64,000 nucleotides of DNA from assembly GCA_001599295.1 (NCBI GenBank), contig BCGN01000007.1:198433-262432 (forward strand), read 5' to 3'. The notes below the pieces were generated by a model that saw only the letters and a list, made by a program, of their open reading frames with translations, was not told the origin of the DNA and made no database searches. The stretch is from Sporopachydermia quercuum. Taxonomy: Eukaryota. The position numbers and the translations under genes are program-made. Below are positions 39,521-50,597 of the stretch, in pieces; position 1 is the stretch's first letter, and the number at the start of each line of letters is the position of its first letter.

Positions 39521-40144
39521 ATGGCATCGGCGGTGGAACTAATAAAAAACCGTAAAATCCCATATGAAGATGTTCTTCGGAGAGCAGAGGAACTGAAAAC
39601 AACAGTAAGTGGGTTAGAAACGAAAATGAGACTGGTATTAGTTTTCAAGCATCACATGGGTTTACAGGAAGAAACGGAGATGATAATCTGCTTTTGTTGG
39701 CGATGGAAAATAGGCTTCTAACTGTATGTTTTATAGGTGTCGGCGTTTCGACGTGAAATAGCAATGCTATTAGAAGAACTAGCTAATGTCAGTCCTTCTA
39801 CAGAACGTAAGTGTGTCTCTGATTTTACCTCCAAGTCGCAATCTGAGTCACAAGTTCACTCAATTCTAATATAATTTTCAGCAACCTCAGTTTATAGAAA
39901 TACTGTTGTCCGAGTGATGACCTTGAAGGCAGCATTAGATAAGTTCAAATCTGAATACAGCGAGTTACTACCTTACATTAATTATTATACTGTTGATAAG
40001 GCTAAGGAGAAGTTTCAAAATGCTACGACTAATAACAGTAATACTATAAACATTGTACCAAATAAGGTGGTAGATATTTCAATGGAGTTTGGCAATATAG
40101 ATAGTAATAATTCTGGATCAGCAAATCAACCGATTTTATTATAA
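39521..40144 (+). CDS. MED3: Probable Mediator tail subunit Med3/Pgd1-like protein, 138 aa (exons 39521-39604, 39737-39806, 39882-40144)
   Basis: Introns 39605-39736 (GTAAGT, TTCTAAC, TAG) and 39807-39881 (GTAAGT, TTCTAAT, CAG) fuse the two short ORFs into one frame. The helical pattern ...AFRREIAMLLEELANV...VYRNTVVRVMTLKAALDKFKSEYSELLPYI resembles the N-terminal domain of yeast Med3 as recalled. The gene model is firmer than the name. Confidence 0.6.
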
Positions 40145-40703
40145 ATTGATCAAAGAATGGTTTAAGGATGTTTGGCGATTGACGGTAAGGGGAGAATGGG
40201 AGATGAGGAGAGTTATTCCTCATGTGTACTATATCAAACTAACGATTATTCAATATAAATGAAGTATATAAATGAAGAATGAAGTAGTAAAAGTAAAATA
40301 TGTATTTGAAAAAAATCGACCAAATATTTGATTGAGCGGATAGAATATCGAGTTTTCCATAAGAAAGACAGAGCCGCCAGTTAAATAAAGTTGAGACTTG
40401 TCTGCGGTAATATGCACTACTTGCAGTATTTGAATTTTGAAGTGATTACCCTTTCAGTTACAACAGAAAACTACAACTAACTCATTGCCCACTACAGTCT
40501 CAATATATATAGATATCCTACTAATACTTGAAGGTTCTTCCCATTTCTCTTTTCTTATTATTTTGCTTCTTAACACTCACCAACAGTAACGTCGTACTTA
40601 TCATTATCATGAATTACAATTAAGGGTAATTTCCCTCCATTACCTTAAGTCTCACCTCAGTTTATTTCTAGAGTGAGACCTGAAGTTCTCTCTCATAGTA
40701 ACC

Positions 40704-40717
40704 AAAAAAATTTTCAT
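40704..40717 (-). promoter_or_regulatory. RRPE element upstream of UTP14
   Basis: aaaaaaattttcat (TGAAAATTTT on the minus strand), about 160 bp upstream of a ribosome-biogenesis gene. Confidence 0.55.
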
Positions 40718-40871
40718 ACNATTATGGGAAGAAGTATATTATTCTCTTACCAGAGCTATTCAGGTTTTTTCAACTAAAATATCTATCAGACCATTTAACT
40801 AATTCTTGTTTTCATGCTATATATGAAACCTCCATTGATCCCGTTTCTTGCAATAATCCTAAACGTTCAAA

Positions 40872-43800
40872 ATGGGTAAAAAGATTACTGGTAGACTACG
40901 AAGTCAGAAACAGCAGGCTAGGAAGACCTCATCATCAATAAACAATGACAATAGCAATAAACGGCAGAAAAAGCTATCGAAAGCTCAGCCTGTGAAGGCT
41001 CATCTGAATAGGAAAGTACTGGATGTATTTTCTCGTGCTGAAAAGTATGATGAACTCGAAAAAGAAGAGGCTGATGGCTATGATGAAGCAGAAGATGAAT
41101 TAATGTCAGAAGATGATAGGGGAAGAGTAGTTATCAAACGATCAATGTTAACAGGCAATGAAGACGATGATGAAGAAGAGGAACATGATTTTATTGACGA
41201 GGAAATTGACTCTGACGAAGCATTTGGTTCAGATGATGATTTTGAAGTTCTTGATTCAAAATTTGGTACGCTGAAACGTAGTGGTGATGATGATGAATAT
41301 AGTGACGAATATGGCGATAGTGTAGATGAGGATGAACTCCAACCATTATCAGCTGTGTGGGATTTAGATGATTTAGATGAAACCAAATCCAAGAAAAAGG
41401 AAGCTGTGGGTTCTAAAGGTCTTCTGGAAGGATTTTCTCTGAAAACAGGATTTGATGATAGTGATAATGAGAGTGAGAATAGCGATGACAGAGGTAGCGA
41501 TAACGATATTGATGAGAAGGATTATGGAGTAGTTTTAAATGATGATTTCAATGATGACGATTTCAATGATGATGATAATGACCTCAGTGAAGATAACACT
41601 CATAATTCTGATACAGAAGATTCCGATGACAATGATAGTAATTCGGACAGTAATTCCGATTCTGAAGAAAATCAACTGTCTGATGAAGATATATTCGCTG
41701 AGAATCAACATTTATCAGATGATAATGATGATGGGTCTGATGTTGATGATTTCCAAAGAGAAGAAAAGCTACAGAAGCTTGTCAATTCCATCTCATCAAA
41801 ACAAGGCGATCCTATGAAGAAGGTTAAGAAACAGCTTGAAAAATCAACTGTGCTAGAAAATGAATTGGCACTACCTATTAATGATGTAAATAAGTTCTCT
41901 ATCAAAGATATGATGGAATCTATTAATGATTCATCAGCTCTAAATTCAATGGTTCTACTGAAATCCAAATTGAAAGAAGGAAATGGAGACAGTTCTGCTG
42001 CCTCCAAAAGTAAGAAACTTGCTGTGCCGTTGCCAAAGAGAATTCAGGAAAGACACAATAGAACTGCTGCTTTAGATATTGCTAAAGAAGAAGTTGATAA
42101 ATGGCAGGATGTTGTATCTGAAAACAGAAAAGCTGAACATCTCCAGTTTCCTATAAATCCGAGTGTTAAATTAAATGAAACAACTGGTTTCACTTCAATT
42201 CTCAAACCAACTACCGAACTTGAAACAAGGGTCAGTGATATCTTAGCTAAGGGTAATTTGCTCAAAGAACAAGATGAGTACAAGTTTGAACAAGCAGCTG
42301 TTGAAAAACTGTCAAAGGAAGAACTGCAAAAGAGAACCAATGAACTGCGATTGATGAGAGAATTGATGTTCAGAGAAGAAAAGAAGGCTAGAAGAATCAA
42401 GAAAATCAAATCAAAGTCGTACCATAAAGTCCATAGAAAAGAAAGAGAAAGAATGAAAGAATTAGTAGAGGGTGAAGGTGAAGATGGAGAAGAACATGAT
42501 ATGCAACGAGCAAGAGAAAGGATGTCTTTGAAACATAAGAATAATAATAAGTGGGCGAAATCTATGATCAATAGCGGAATGTCAAAAGATGCTGATGCTC
42601 GGGGTGAATTAGAAGAAATGATGAGGAGATCTCAACAGTTACGTAGTAAGATTATGGATAATGATGACGATGCCGAAGGTGATAGTGATAATAGTAATGA
42701 GTATAGTAACAGGAATCTTGATAATGATGGTGATGAAACTTATACTAGTGTCAACAGTAAGAATGGTCAGATTTCTTCTATTGGTTTAAGTGAGTTTCAA
42801 AGCGATGATGATAGTATTAACAATAGTGATGCTGACAGTGACACTGGTGCTACTTTCAAGGTAGTTAATGCTGGTCGAAGAGTTGTTGCTCCGTCAGCAA
42901 AAGCCACCAACAATGCATATAAAGAAATTGCTTCGAAAGCATCAGAATTGTATCAAGAGGATAATGACAGGAAGCTGGAGAACAGACTGGTCAATAAGTT
43001 CAAAACTCGTGAACCAAAGATTAGGAGTCATAATGAAAGTGATAACGATAGAACTAAAGAAAATGGAATTAATGATGATAGAGAGTCAAACACTAGCTAT
43101 AAATCGGTTTCAGCTGTAGGATTATCTGCTGCTAGCACTGTGGATAGCAATAACTCTGATACTAATAACGATGAAGCAAACCCTTGGCTTGATGACAGTG
43201 ATGATGATAATAAAGCAAGAAAATCGACTTCTAGAGTCAGAATTGTCACAGAAAAGAGCAGTCAACAAGAAAAGTCTCTACAGAAGCAAAACAAGCTTGT
43301 TAAAAGGAAAAGATCAGCCAAAGAAATCGNCGAAGATGAAGCAGCTATGATTTCTCTGGATAATGTCATTAAAGTCAATGGTAATAACCATGATGACAGC
43401 GACAATGATACTGATAATGATAATGACTATGGAGCTGATCATGATGGGGAAATGGTTGAATTGAAGAACGTCAAATCGTTCAAACAAAAGGATTTAGTTA
43501 AACGAGCATTTGCTGGCGATGATGTTGTGGATGAGTTTTTGTCGGAAAAACGTCAAATCATTGAAGATGAAGGTGACAAGGAAATCGATGTTACTTTACC
43601 TGGTTGGGGTTCATGGGGAGGAGTTGGAATTGAATCTAAGAATAAGAAGAAGTTTGTCAAGAAGATAAAAGGTGTTAAGGAGAATAAGAGAAAAGACGCT
43701 AGATTGAAAGATGTCATTATTAATGAAAGAGTCAATAAGAAGAATAGTAAGTTCACTGTGTCTAATGTACCCCATCCATTTGAGACCAGGGAACAGTATG

Positions 43801-43928
43801 AAATGTCACTTAGAATGCCTATTGGAAATGAATGGATAAGCAGGGATACACATCAACGGACAGTTATGCCGAGAGTTACTGTTAAGACTGGTAAGGTTAT
43901 TGATCCCTTGAAGAATCCTTTTAAATAG
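40872..43928 (+). CDS. UTP14: SSU processome component Utp14
   Basis: Acidic N-terminus; KKLAVPLPKRIQERHNR, ELRLMRELMFREEKKARRIKKIKSKSYHK, RARERMSLKH, LPGWGSWGG and SLRMPIGNEW. Confidence 0.95.
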   Translation: MGKKITGRLRSQKQQARKTSSSINNDNSNKRQKKLSKAQPVKAHLNRKVLDVFSRAEKYDELEKEEADGYDEAEDELMSEDDRGRVVIKRSMLTGNEDDDEEEEHDFIDEEIDSDEAFGSDDDFEVLDSKFGTLKRSGDDDEYSDEYGDSVDEDELQPLSAVWDLDDLDETKSKKKEAVGSKGLLEGFSLKTGFDDSDNESENSDDRGSDNDIDEKDYGVVLNDDFNDDDFNDDDNDLSEDNTHNSDTEDSDDNDSNSDSNSDSEENQLSDEDIFAENQHLSDDNDDGSDVDDFQREEKLQKLVNSISSKQGDPMKKVKKQLEKSTVLENELALPINDVNKFSIKDMMESINDSSALNSMVLLKSKLKEGNGDSSAASKSKKLAVPLPKRIQERHNRTAALDIAKEEVDKWQDVVSENRKAEHLQFPINPSVKLNETTGFTSILKPTTELETRVSDILAKGNLLKEQDEYKFEQAAVEKLSKEELQKRTNELRLMRELMFREEKKARRIKKIKSKSYHKVHRKERERMKELVEGEGEDGEEHDMQRARERMSLKHKNNNKWAKSMINSGMSKDADARGELEEMMRRSQQLRSKIMDNDDDAEGDSDNSNEYSNRNLDNDGDETYTSVNSKNGQISSIGLSEFQSDDDSINNSDADSDTGATFKVVNAGRRVVAPSAKATNNAYKEIASKASELYQEDNDRKLENRLVNKFKTREPKIRSHNESDNDRTKENGINDDRESNTSYKSVSAVGLSAASTVDSNNSDTNNDEANPWLDDSDDDNKARKSTSRVRIVTEKSSQQEKSLQKQNKLVKRKRSAKEIXEDEAAMISLDNVIKVNGNNHDDSDNDTDNDNDYGADHDGEMVELKNVKSFKQKDLVKRAFAGDDVVDEFLSEKRQIIEDEGDKEIDVTLPGWGSWGGVGIESKNKKKFVKKIKGVKENKRKDARLKDVIINERVNKKNSKFTVSNVPHPFETREQYEMSLRMPIGNEWISRDTHQRTVMPRVTVKTGKVIDPLKNPFK

Positions 43929-44332
43929 GTTAGACGAACGGTAATGATGATGATGGGCATATGGATATATGTGCTTATATGGTCATATGAGGCATAGGAA
44001 GGAGGCTAAAGATGATTTATAGGGTATATATAGAGTTAGGGTTGAATGAAAAATGGTATCTATTAGATAAGAAAATGTACTACTTGGAAATATTCTTTTT
44101 TGGAAAATATGGTGTTAACATGATAGTTAAAACGATTTAAAGCAGATTCTCATGAAGAAGAGCTCACTCATTTATTAAGGATTGTTAGTAAGTTTATTAT
44201 ATTTTCTCTACAAGATTCAGCACTGGCTTAATCGTTTGATAACATTATCTACCTTTTATTTATTGGGTAGACTTCTTCTTACAAATAAGCAGCAATAGAG
44301 TAGAATTATACAAGTAAATTGAATAATTAAAC

Positions 44333-45476
44333 CTATAGAGCTTCTAATCTATCGTCAATTTCCCTTGAGGACAATTTTCTAAATCTTGGGCCACGAACAT
44401 CATCAACACCTTTAAATCCTAATAAATCATCATTTGGTTCACCAATGACAGCGATTTCAATTGTATCGCCGGTCATTTCTCCTTCTATAGTTTCCTTGAG
44501 TGTTAAAAGTGCTATATGAATAGCGTCTTCTAATTCAAGTTCTTCATTCCATCTTTTCTCTAAAAATGTCTTGGCTGATGCACTTCCTTTCCCTATTGCT
44601 GTTGCCTTCCAAGGAAAAAATGCTCCGCTTGGATCAACTTGATATAAACTGTATTTAGCATTATCGTCATAACCACCAACCAACAAACTGACACCATAAG
44701 GTCTAACACCACCAGATTGGGTAGCTTCCTGCATAATTCTAGCAATATCTTGAACTAAGATCTTGGTTGGAGGATATTCATTATAGATTCGTTTATAATT
44801 TGTATGAGATACTCTTCTTGCTGCATCAACTAAAATTCTATAATCTGGTCCCATACCAGAATAAACGGTTCCAATATCAGGAGTTATTAACGATGCTTTT
44901 GATAATGACTCGTTTTTGATTAATTGTGACGTTGATTTCTTTTCAGTAGCAAGCACAATACCATTAGTGGCTGATGATTGTCTTTCGTTAGTATTCGATG
45001 GAAGGTAAATATGTATCATGATTGACGATAAAAATCATAATCCAAGAAAAACCATTGGCGATGGTTGACCTTAATAGATCCATGTCTACATACCTTTGAT
45101 TCCTAGTGATACAACACCTTGATTGACAGCATTTAATGCGTATTCTATTTGAACTAGTTTTCCACTAAGGAAACGCTGTTAGTATTCTGATAGTATAATG
45201 TAGAGTAGCATGGTATAGAGCTTGAGGCAGCATGAAGTAATGTTCTCTTCTCTTCATTCCCAGGAAACAACAGTTGAAAGTAATTAATTAGATACAATCA
45301 CTCTTGAATTTCTGAATAAGTAGCACACTTTCATATATCAACAATCAATCATTCTGTTGACTCCATAGTACCATCTACTTTCCATCGACATACATTCTTC
45401 TCATTCACTACTATTTCTCTTTTATGACATACCTTGGTGAAAATGTAGTCAGTGAAAACGAATATCGATCAGCCAT
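44333..45476 (-). CDS. PRE8: 20S proteasome subunit alpha-2 (exons 45476-45433, 45164-45094, 44970-44333)
   Basis: Removing introns 45432-45165 and 45093-44971 (both GTATGT, TACTAAC, YAG) gives [50 protein letters not shown]; also TQSGGVRPYGVSLL. Confidence 0.96.
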
Positions 45477-46615
45477 TGTATATTTAATTCTATTTTAATT
45501 CAACTACAATTGATCCTGAACGGAAGAAAAAATCTTTAATGACGACAACTAATAACTTGGGTGATCTGTTGACCTGATCNACTCCATGGAGGTTCGCCTA
45601 CTAGACGCACAGTGTACCTATTGAAATTGAATAATCAAACTTGAATAGAAGCCACTTTGAGTTCAATTCTTATGGTAATCAAGACAAATTCACAGCTAAT
45701 TTGATTGCCCAGCTATTCTCTAATGGCCCAGAAGTTCTAATATCAAAGATGAATAAGCAAGAGTTGATTGCCGCTCCATTATTGCTAGTTAATGTATGTG
45801 TGCGTGCGTAGTAAATACAAGTGAAAGTTATGTATGGTGGCGCCTGGCAAGGATGGTTGACAATTGGAAAGAATACGGGGTGTCGGGAGACTGGAAATTG
45901 AAGAGCGGATTGAAAAGATTAAATTTTGATTATGTAATACAATAAAATAAAGGGAGTAGGTAGGGAAGGAGATGGGGAGGTAAATGGNGATGGAGTATGG
46001 AGCGAGGAGTCTATTTGGGTAGAGAGATTAAAGAAGTTTAATGTTTGCTTGTTGTTGTCGCTGTTGGAGGAATGGGAAAAAGTAAAGTGGGTTCTAGATG
46101 GTTTCTTCTAAAGCTTAAGAGATAAAGAGAGGTAATATAAACTGTTAGGTCCAGATTTAGTATGAATATGTATTAATATGTACAAATACGCATGTCCGAA
46201 GTTTACTAATCATAAATGAACAAGAAAAAATAATTAACAGAAAGAAGGAATAAAAGCGATTTGATTTGAAAGATAGTCATTAAACTGAGAGTTGAGTTTA
46301 AAAATAAAGACGAATCTGCTGCAGATATTTCCGGCACTTGACAATCTCCACTGCTGCCTTTGGTTCAGTGACCCACCAAAGTATTTGTCCACGCAAGTAA
46401 CTAATAGCTCAATATTACTTAGATATATCTGCTCTGAAATATCCCTTTTCTAATCTTTTGAAACTACGGTCAAAAGATCTCTATCACTTTACAATCAGTT
46501 TCTTCTATACACAATTAAGTGTTCTTATAATACAAAATTTACTAGCAAAACTTCCATGATCAGACTTCATTTCTGACACTCTCTAAAGATATATTATATC
46601 TCACACATTGAAAGC

Positions 46616-47505
46616 CTATGCAACTTCTTGCTTTGCCTTCAAATAGCTTTCTCTATCAAAATGTTCAGGTGACGGTGACCTTTCTTGATCCCCAGTTAAT
46701 TTACCTTGAATCTGCAGATACTTCTTCTGGGACAGTAATAAGTCTCTCAACAGTTCATTGCTTGGCCTTTTAGCGTGTATGAAATTGCATAATCCTCCTC
46801 TTGAACAGTCATTAACATCATGCTGCCTACAGCATGCTTCAACAAAATCAGTTACTGGACTTAGCTCACAATAAACAGGTCTACCATTATACCACCGAAT
46901 GTTGAAATTATCACAAGCATTCTGAGCGTTTTCTTCATATACAAATCGGCAATACACATTTCCCATTAAATCTATAGTAACACGTTAGTAATATGTTTAT
47001 AAGAAAAAGTAAAGAAAATAAAAAAAGAATATACAAATGCGCGACTTGGTCTAGCCGTCCAATAGCAGAACATTACAACATTAACTAAAACCAGTTGTAT
47101 CTCGTCATTTCAATACTTACGGTCATTGCTATTCTCGCACACAATAATCTCCTCAACTTGACCGAACTTGGCAGCTTCACAGAAGAAATCTTCATAGAAA
47201 GCTTCAAAATTACTGTCAATCTGTTCTTGGGTTAAATTATTATTAGGTATCAGAGCTGGGTTTTGATATAAATTTGGACAAATGATCGTTTGTGAGTATG
47301 TAGGCTTTACATGCTTCCTGGAACACTTATCCCCATGTCGACATGCACCTATTTTATAGTAAAAGGAGCTTTAAAGAGTGTTAGTACAGTGATTCAGCAG
47401 TAAACAATAAAAATAGAGTCTTCTCTGTCTCATAAATAATGAGATAACTTACCAATTTACTTTATCTAACTCAGTACCATAGATAGATGCTAAATAGTTT
47501 GCCAT
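46616..47505 (-). CDS. U2AF1: Splicing factor U2AF small subunit (U2AF35/U2AF23); exons 47505-47453, 47368-47121, 46971-46616
   Basis: [37 protein letters not shown] (ZnF1), UHM domain, CCRQHDVNDCSRGGLCNFIH (ZnF2). Introns 47452-47369 (GTAAGT/TACTAAC/AAG) and 47120-46972 (GTAAGT/TACTAAC/TAG). Confidence 0.95.
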
Positions 47506-48447
47506 CTCGTTGTGGTTATTATGTGATTGATGTAGTTGCAACTGGGATAGGTTTCAACCTGTTTCTAGTAATGATTCCNTTATACTTAGGGGTCTCTCCG
47601 TTAATTAGTAAAAACCAGCTAATAAATCGTTATTGTTTTTTCGTTTAGCAACAGAACTGTGTTATAAAATAGAACTGTAATACTGATAGCGATTAGTAAA
47701 AAGAATCCGAGAGGTGAGAAAGAGAAAAATAGGGAAGAAATAGCATGAAAGAGAATGTAGTGTTAATGATTATGTAATATTTAAAGCAGAGTAATTAGTG
47801 TCTTATACAAGAGGGTAGTCACAAGATGTCTTGAATTAATCGACCAGATATGCATATATTTGACAGGACTGGTTGGGAAAAAAAGATAATAGAAAAATGT
47901 AGCAAAGTCTATGNTTAGTGGAGCATCAAGCCAGGTTTCTCCATTTCTTTCGTTGTTCTCTTTTCTTTGGTGCATCTTATTACATGCCCCAATAGTGATT
48001 GCCTCCGGTACGCACTCTTGCAGATACTCGCACAGAGAACTGGCCNTCATCTTCAAAAACAGAGAAAAGAAGCTCTTTCTAAAGAACAATTAGATTTCAT
48101 AATTGCTGTTTCATACTATTGCATTTCATCATCTATAGTCAAATCAACCNGATTTATTTTGCTTGTATTTCCTTGATATCTGTAGATCCCTCTCAAGTAC
48201 CTCCCCCACTCCCAAGTCATTGAATCCCAATCTTGCATACTTCTGCATCATTTTACATAATCAATCTAACTCTATTTAGCACTGAATTCGCATTTCTTTC
48301 TTTCTATTTCCAATTAAATGACGGGACACTTTATATGTTTTGTTCGAAATAATTCGAGAATCTTACATCGAAACATTCTTCTATTACGGATAACTAGTTC
48401 AAATCCCTAGAAGCACTTTGTAACTTTGTTGTTCATACTCATAAATC

Positions 48448-49254
48448 ATGGGTGTACGTTATTTTCGCTAATCTCCGTTTCACTACTCAGATTACTAACA
48501 TTTCTTACAGAATGACGGAGGAACCATTCCTACAAGGAGTGAGCTTGTGAAACTAGGATCAAATGATGGGAAATTCAAAAAAGATACCTATGAAGCCAGA
48601 AAATTAAATAACGAGTCTCTGTGGACCACGTGTCAGTTATCTAACNAACCTTTAGTTCAACCTATAGTTTCCGATTACATGGGAAGGCTGTTCAATAAAG
48701 AAGCATTGATACAGTTGATTATAGATGATTCATTGTTCTCTGATACAAGAGAAGCGTTTAGTCATATCAAAAGCTTGAAAGACGTTGTTGAATTGCATAT
48801 TGAAGAAAAGAAACCTGGAGAATGGATTTGTCCAATAAGTCAAAAGGAAATAGGTAATAATGGTTCACGTTTCGTTTATATCGTGGGATGTGGTCACGTA
48901 TTTTCCAAGAAAGCTTTGAAGGAAATCAAAAGTAACCTATGTCCTGAGGTACGTTATTATATTTGTCACTGCCCTTAAAATGACTTAACATTATCTGTTA
49001 CTAACTTTCAGATATAGTGTGGAAAAGAGTACAGCAAAGATAATGTGATCATGATCAACAGTAATGACGAAGAAGAACTTGAAAAGCTTAGAAATCGGAA
49101 ACTGAAACTTGAGAAGGAAGGGTTCCATCATAGTTTAAAAAGACTGAAGAAAAGCTCAAAAAATAAAAAGAAGAATAAGCTTTTGGAAGATGAATCAACA
49201 AAAACAAAAGATGCTGACTCCTCAAAGGATAAAAGAATCAAAATCAAATCGTGA
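48448..49254 (+). CDS. RTF2: Rtf2 RING-like protein (exons 48448-48453, 48511-48948, 49018-49254)
   Basis: Spliced start MGNDGGTIPTRSELVK; WTTCQLS, MGRLFNKEALI, HIKSLKDVVEL, CGHVFS, CPE|CG and a Lys-rich tail. Introns 48454-48510 and 48949-49017 (both GTACGT, TACTAAC). Confidence 0.9.
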
Positions 49255-49454
49255 CTTTTACTTCTGTATATTGTATTATAACAACAAAATATTTCTGACA
49301 GCCAATTATTATAGTCCCTTTTGTAAAATAAATAATGTTCTTATTCCAATTAATATATACAAACACACTATGCACCACCAATTGTTTAATCAACGAATCA
49401 AACAACAAGTAGTCATCCTTTTTAATTNTGTTAAGAAAACCCTTTGCCCAACAA

Positions 49455-49842
49455 TCATTCCTTGTTATCTGCTTCTGGAAGAGATTCCAAAGGCTATAAT
49501 ATTCCTGTTAATTTTTTGCAATCAAAACCGGTGGGTTCCTCAAGTTGGAATTAATTCGAAGTGATCCTATTCTAATCATTTGTTCTACTTACAGAACTTG
49601 GAAGGTCGGTTTCTGGGTTAAAGACACCTTGTACCTCTCGAGCTTGTTTGTTCTTGTACAAAGTGTATCCTAATCCACCAAGCATATAAACTGCACAAAT
49701 ATAAGTTAGAATCGATGGTCTCACAAGTTCATAAAGACTGTCTTAAAGTAAACGTATTCATCTTACCTGTTGAACCAGCCAAAGCTAGAACAGTTAATCT
49801 ATGAGCAACATCTGCTACCTTTGAGTACCAAGGAGTTGCCAT
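49455..49842 (-). CDS. COX14: Cytochrome c oxidase assembly factor Cox14 (exons 49842-49767, 49690-49593, probable 49493-49455)
   Basis: Not in the ORF track. [39 protein letters not shown] closely resembles yeast Cox14. Intron 49766-49691 (GTAAGA, TTCTAAC, CAG). The second intron 49592-49494 is less certain; if unspliced the stop is at 49572. Confidence 0.85.
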
Positions 49843-50139
49843 TTTGAATCTGTATCTGACGGAAAAACAAAGCTGTACTACTACAAACGAGTCAAAATAT
49901 ATGATCCTTTAAATCATGGAACAGAAGTTTGATACAACTACTAAAATAGCACATGCAGCGTAAATATCAGGTTATTAAGATGCTCTTTTGTGAATGTCAA
50001 AATAAATGCAAAAGCTTTGTGATGGGTAAGTAAATGTATGAGATGAGACTTTATGTGTTTCCGGGTAAGCATTGGTATTTGTCTCATAACAGGGGATTTG
50101 TACTGTGAAACAAATGCATGCATAGTTGTGCATGTTAGT

Positions 50140-50207
50140 TTTCTCGTGTCAGTTGGCGCTTCGCTCTTTCCTTATTTCTTTCACTCCTACTTTCCTTCTT
50201 TCCTAAT
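50140..50207 (+). repeat. 68-bp direct repeat, left copy
   Basis: tttctcgtgtcagttggcgcttcgctctttccttatttctttcactcctactttccttctttcctaat matches 52891-52958 with 2 mismatches and one N. Confidence 0.95.
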
Positions 50208-50597
50208 GGCACCAAAAGTCTCAGCATGCAATGAACATCTACAAGCAAAATGCCACGCATCTGATATTGGGGCAAAAACAGTATGACAAGCCGCATACGG
50301 CTTGCCACCCTCAGCATCCATAAATTGATTTTCTTAAAATAACTAAAATAACCCTAATTGATAGAGCCATATAAGGCAGACGGTCTTGGCACCTCATGCA
50401 TGAAAAGAGCAGACTTCATTCAAAACAAGAAGGCTAAGAAGGCTTAGAAGCCGTCTTACCTTCAAAAATCTAATCAGACATAAACATGTCCTGCTTAATT
50501 TACTGCTTAATTTACGAATAGGGCCTTTAGTATTTAGTAACTATTTTTAAGTTTTTCAATTTTTCTTTTTCTTTTTTCTTTTTTCTTATCAAGTATA

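Noticed and set aside
41078..43756. Antisense and off-frame ORFs within UTP14 (likewise within the LRR gene, MED1, SET2, LST4 and MSC1)
   Set aside because: Shadow ORFs of low-complexity or biased coding sequence with no independent protein motifs.
45388..45393. Second GTATGT inside PRE8 intron 1 (alternative donor or nested intron)
   Set aside because: Using it adds 39 nt containing an in-frame TAG, and I found no convincing internal branch/acceptor pair or snoRNA boxes.
47781..48176. Three short overlapping ORFs between U2AF1 and RTF2
   Set aside because: Non-ATG starts and no recognisable motif; treated as divergent promoter sequence.
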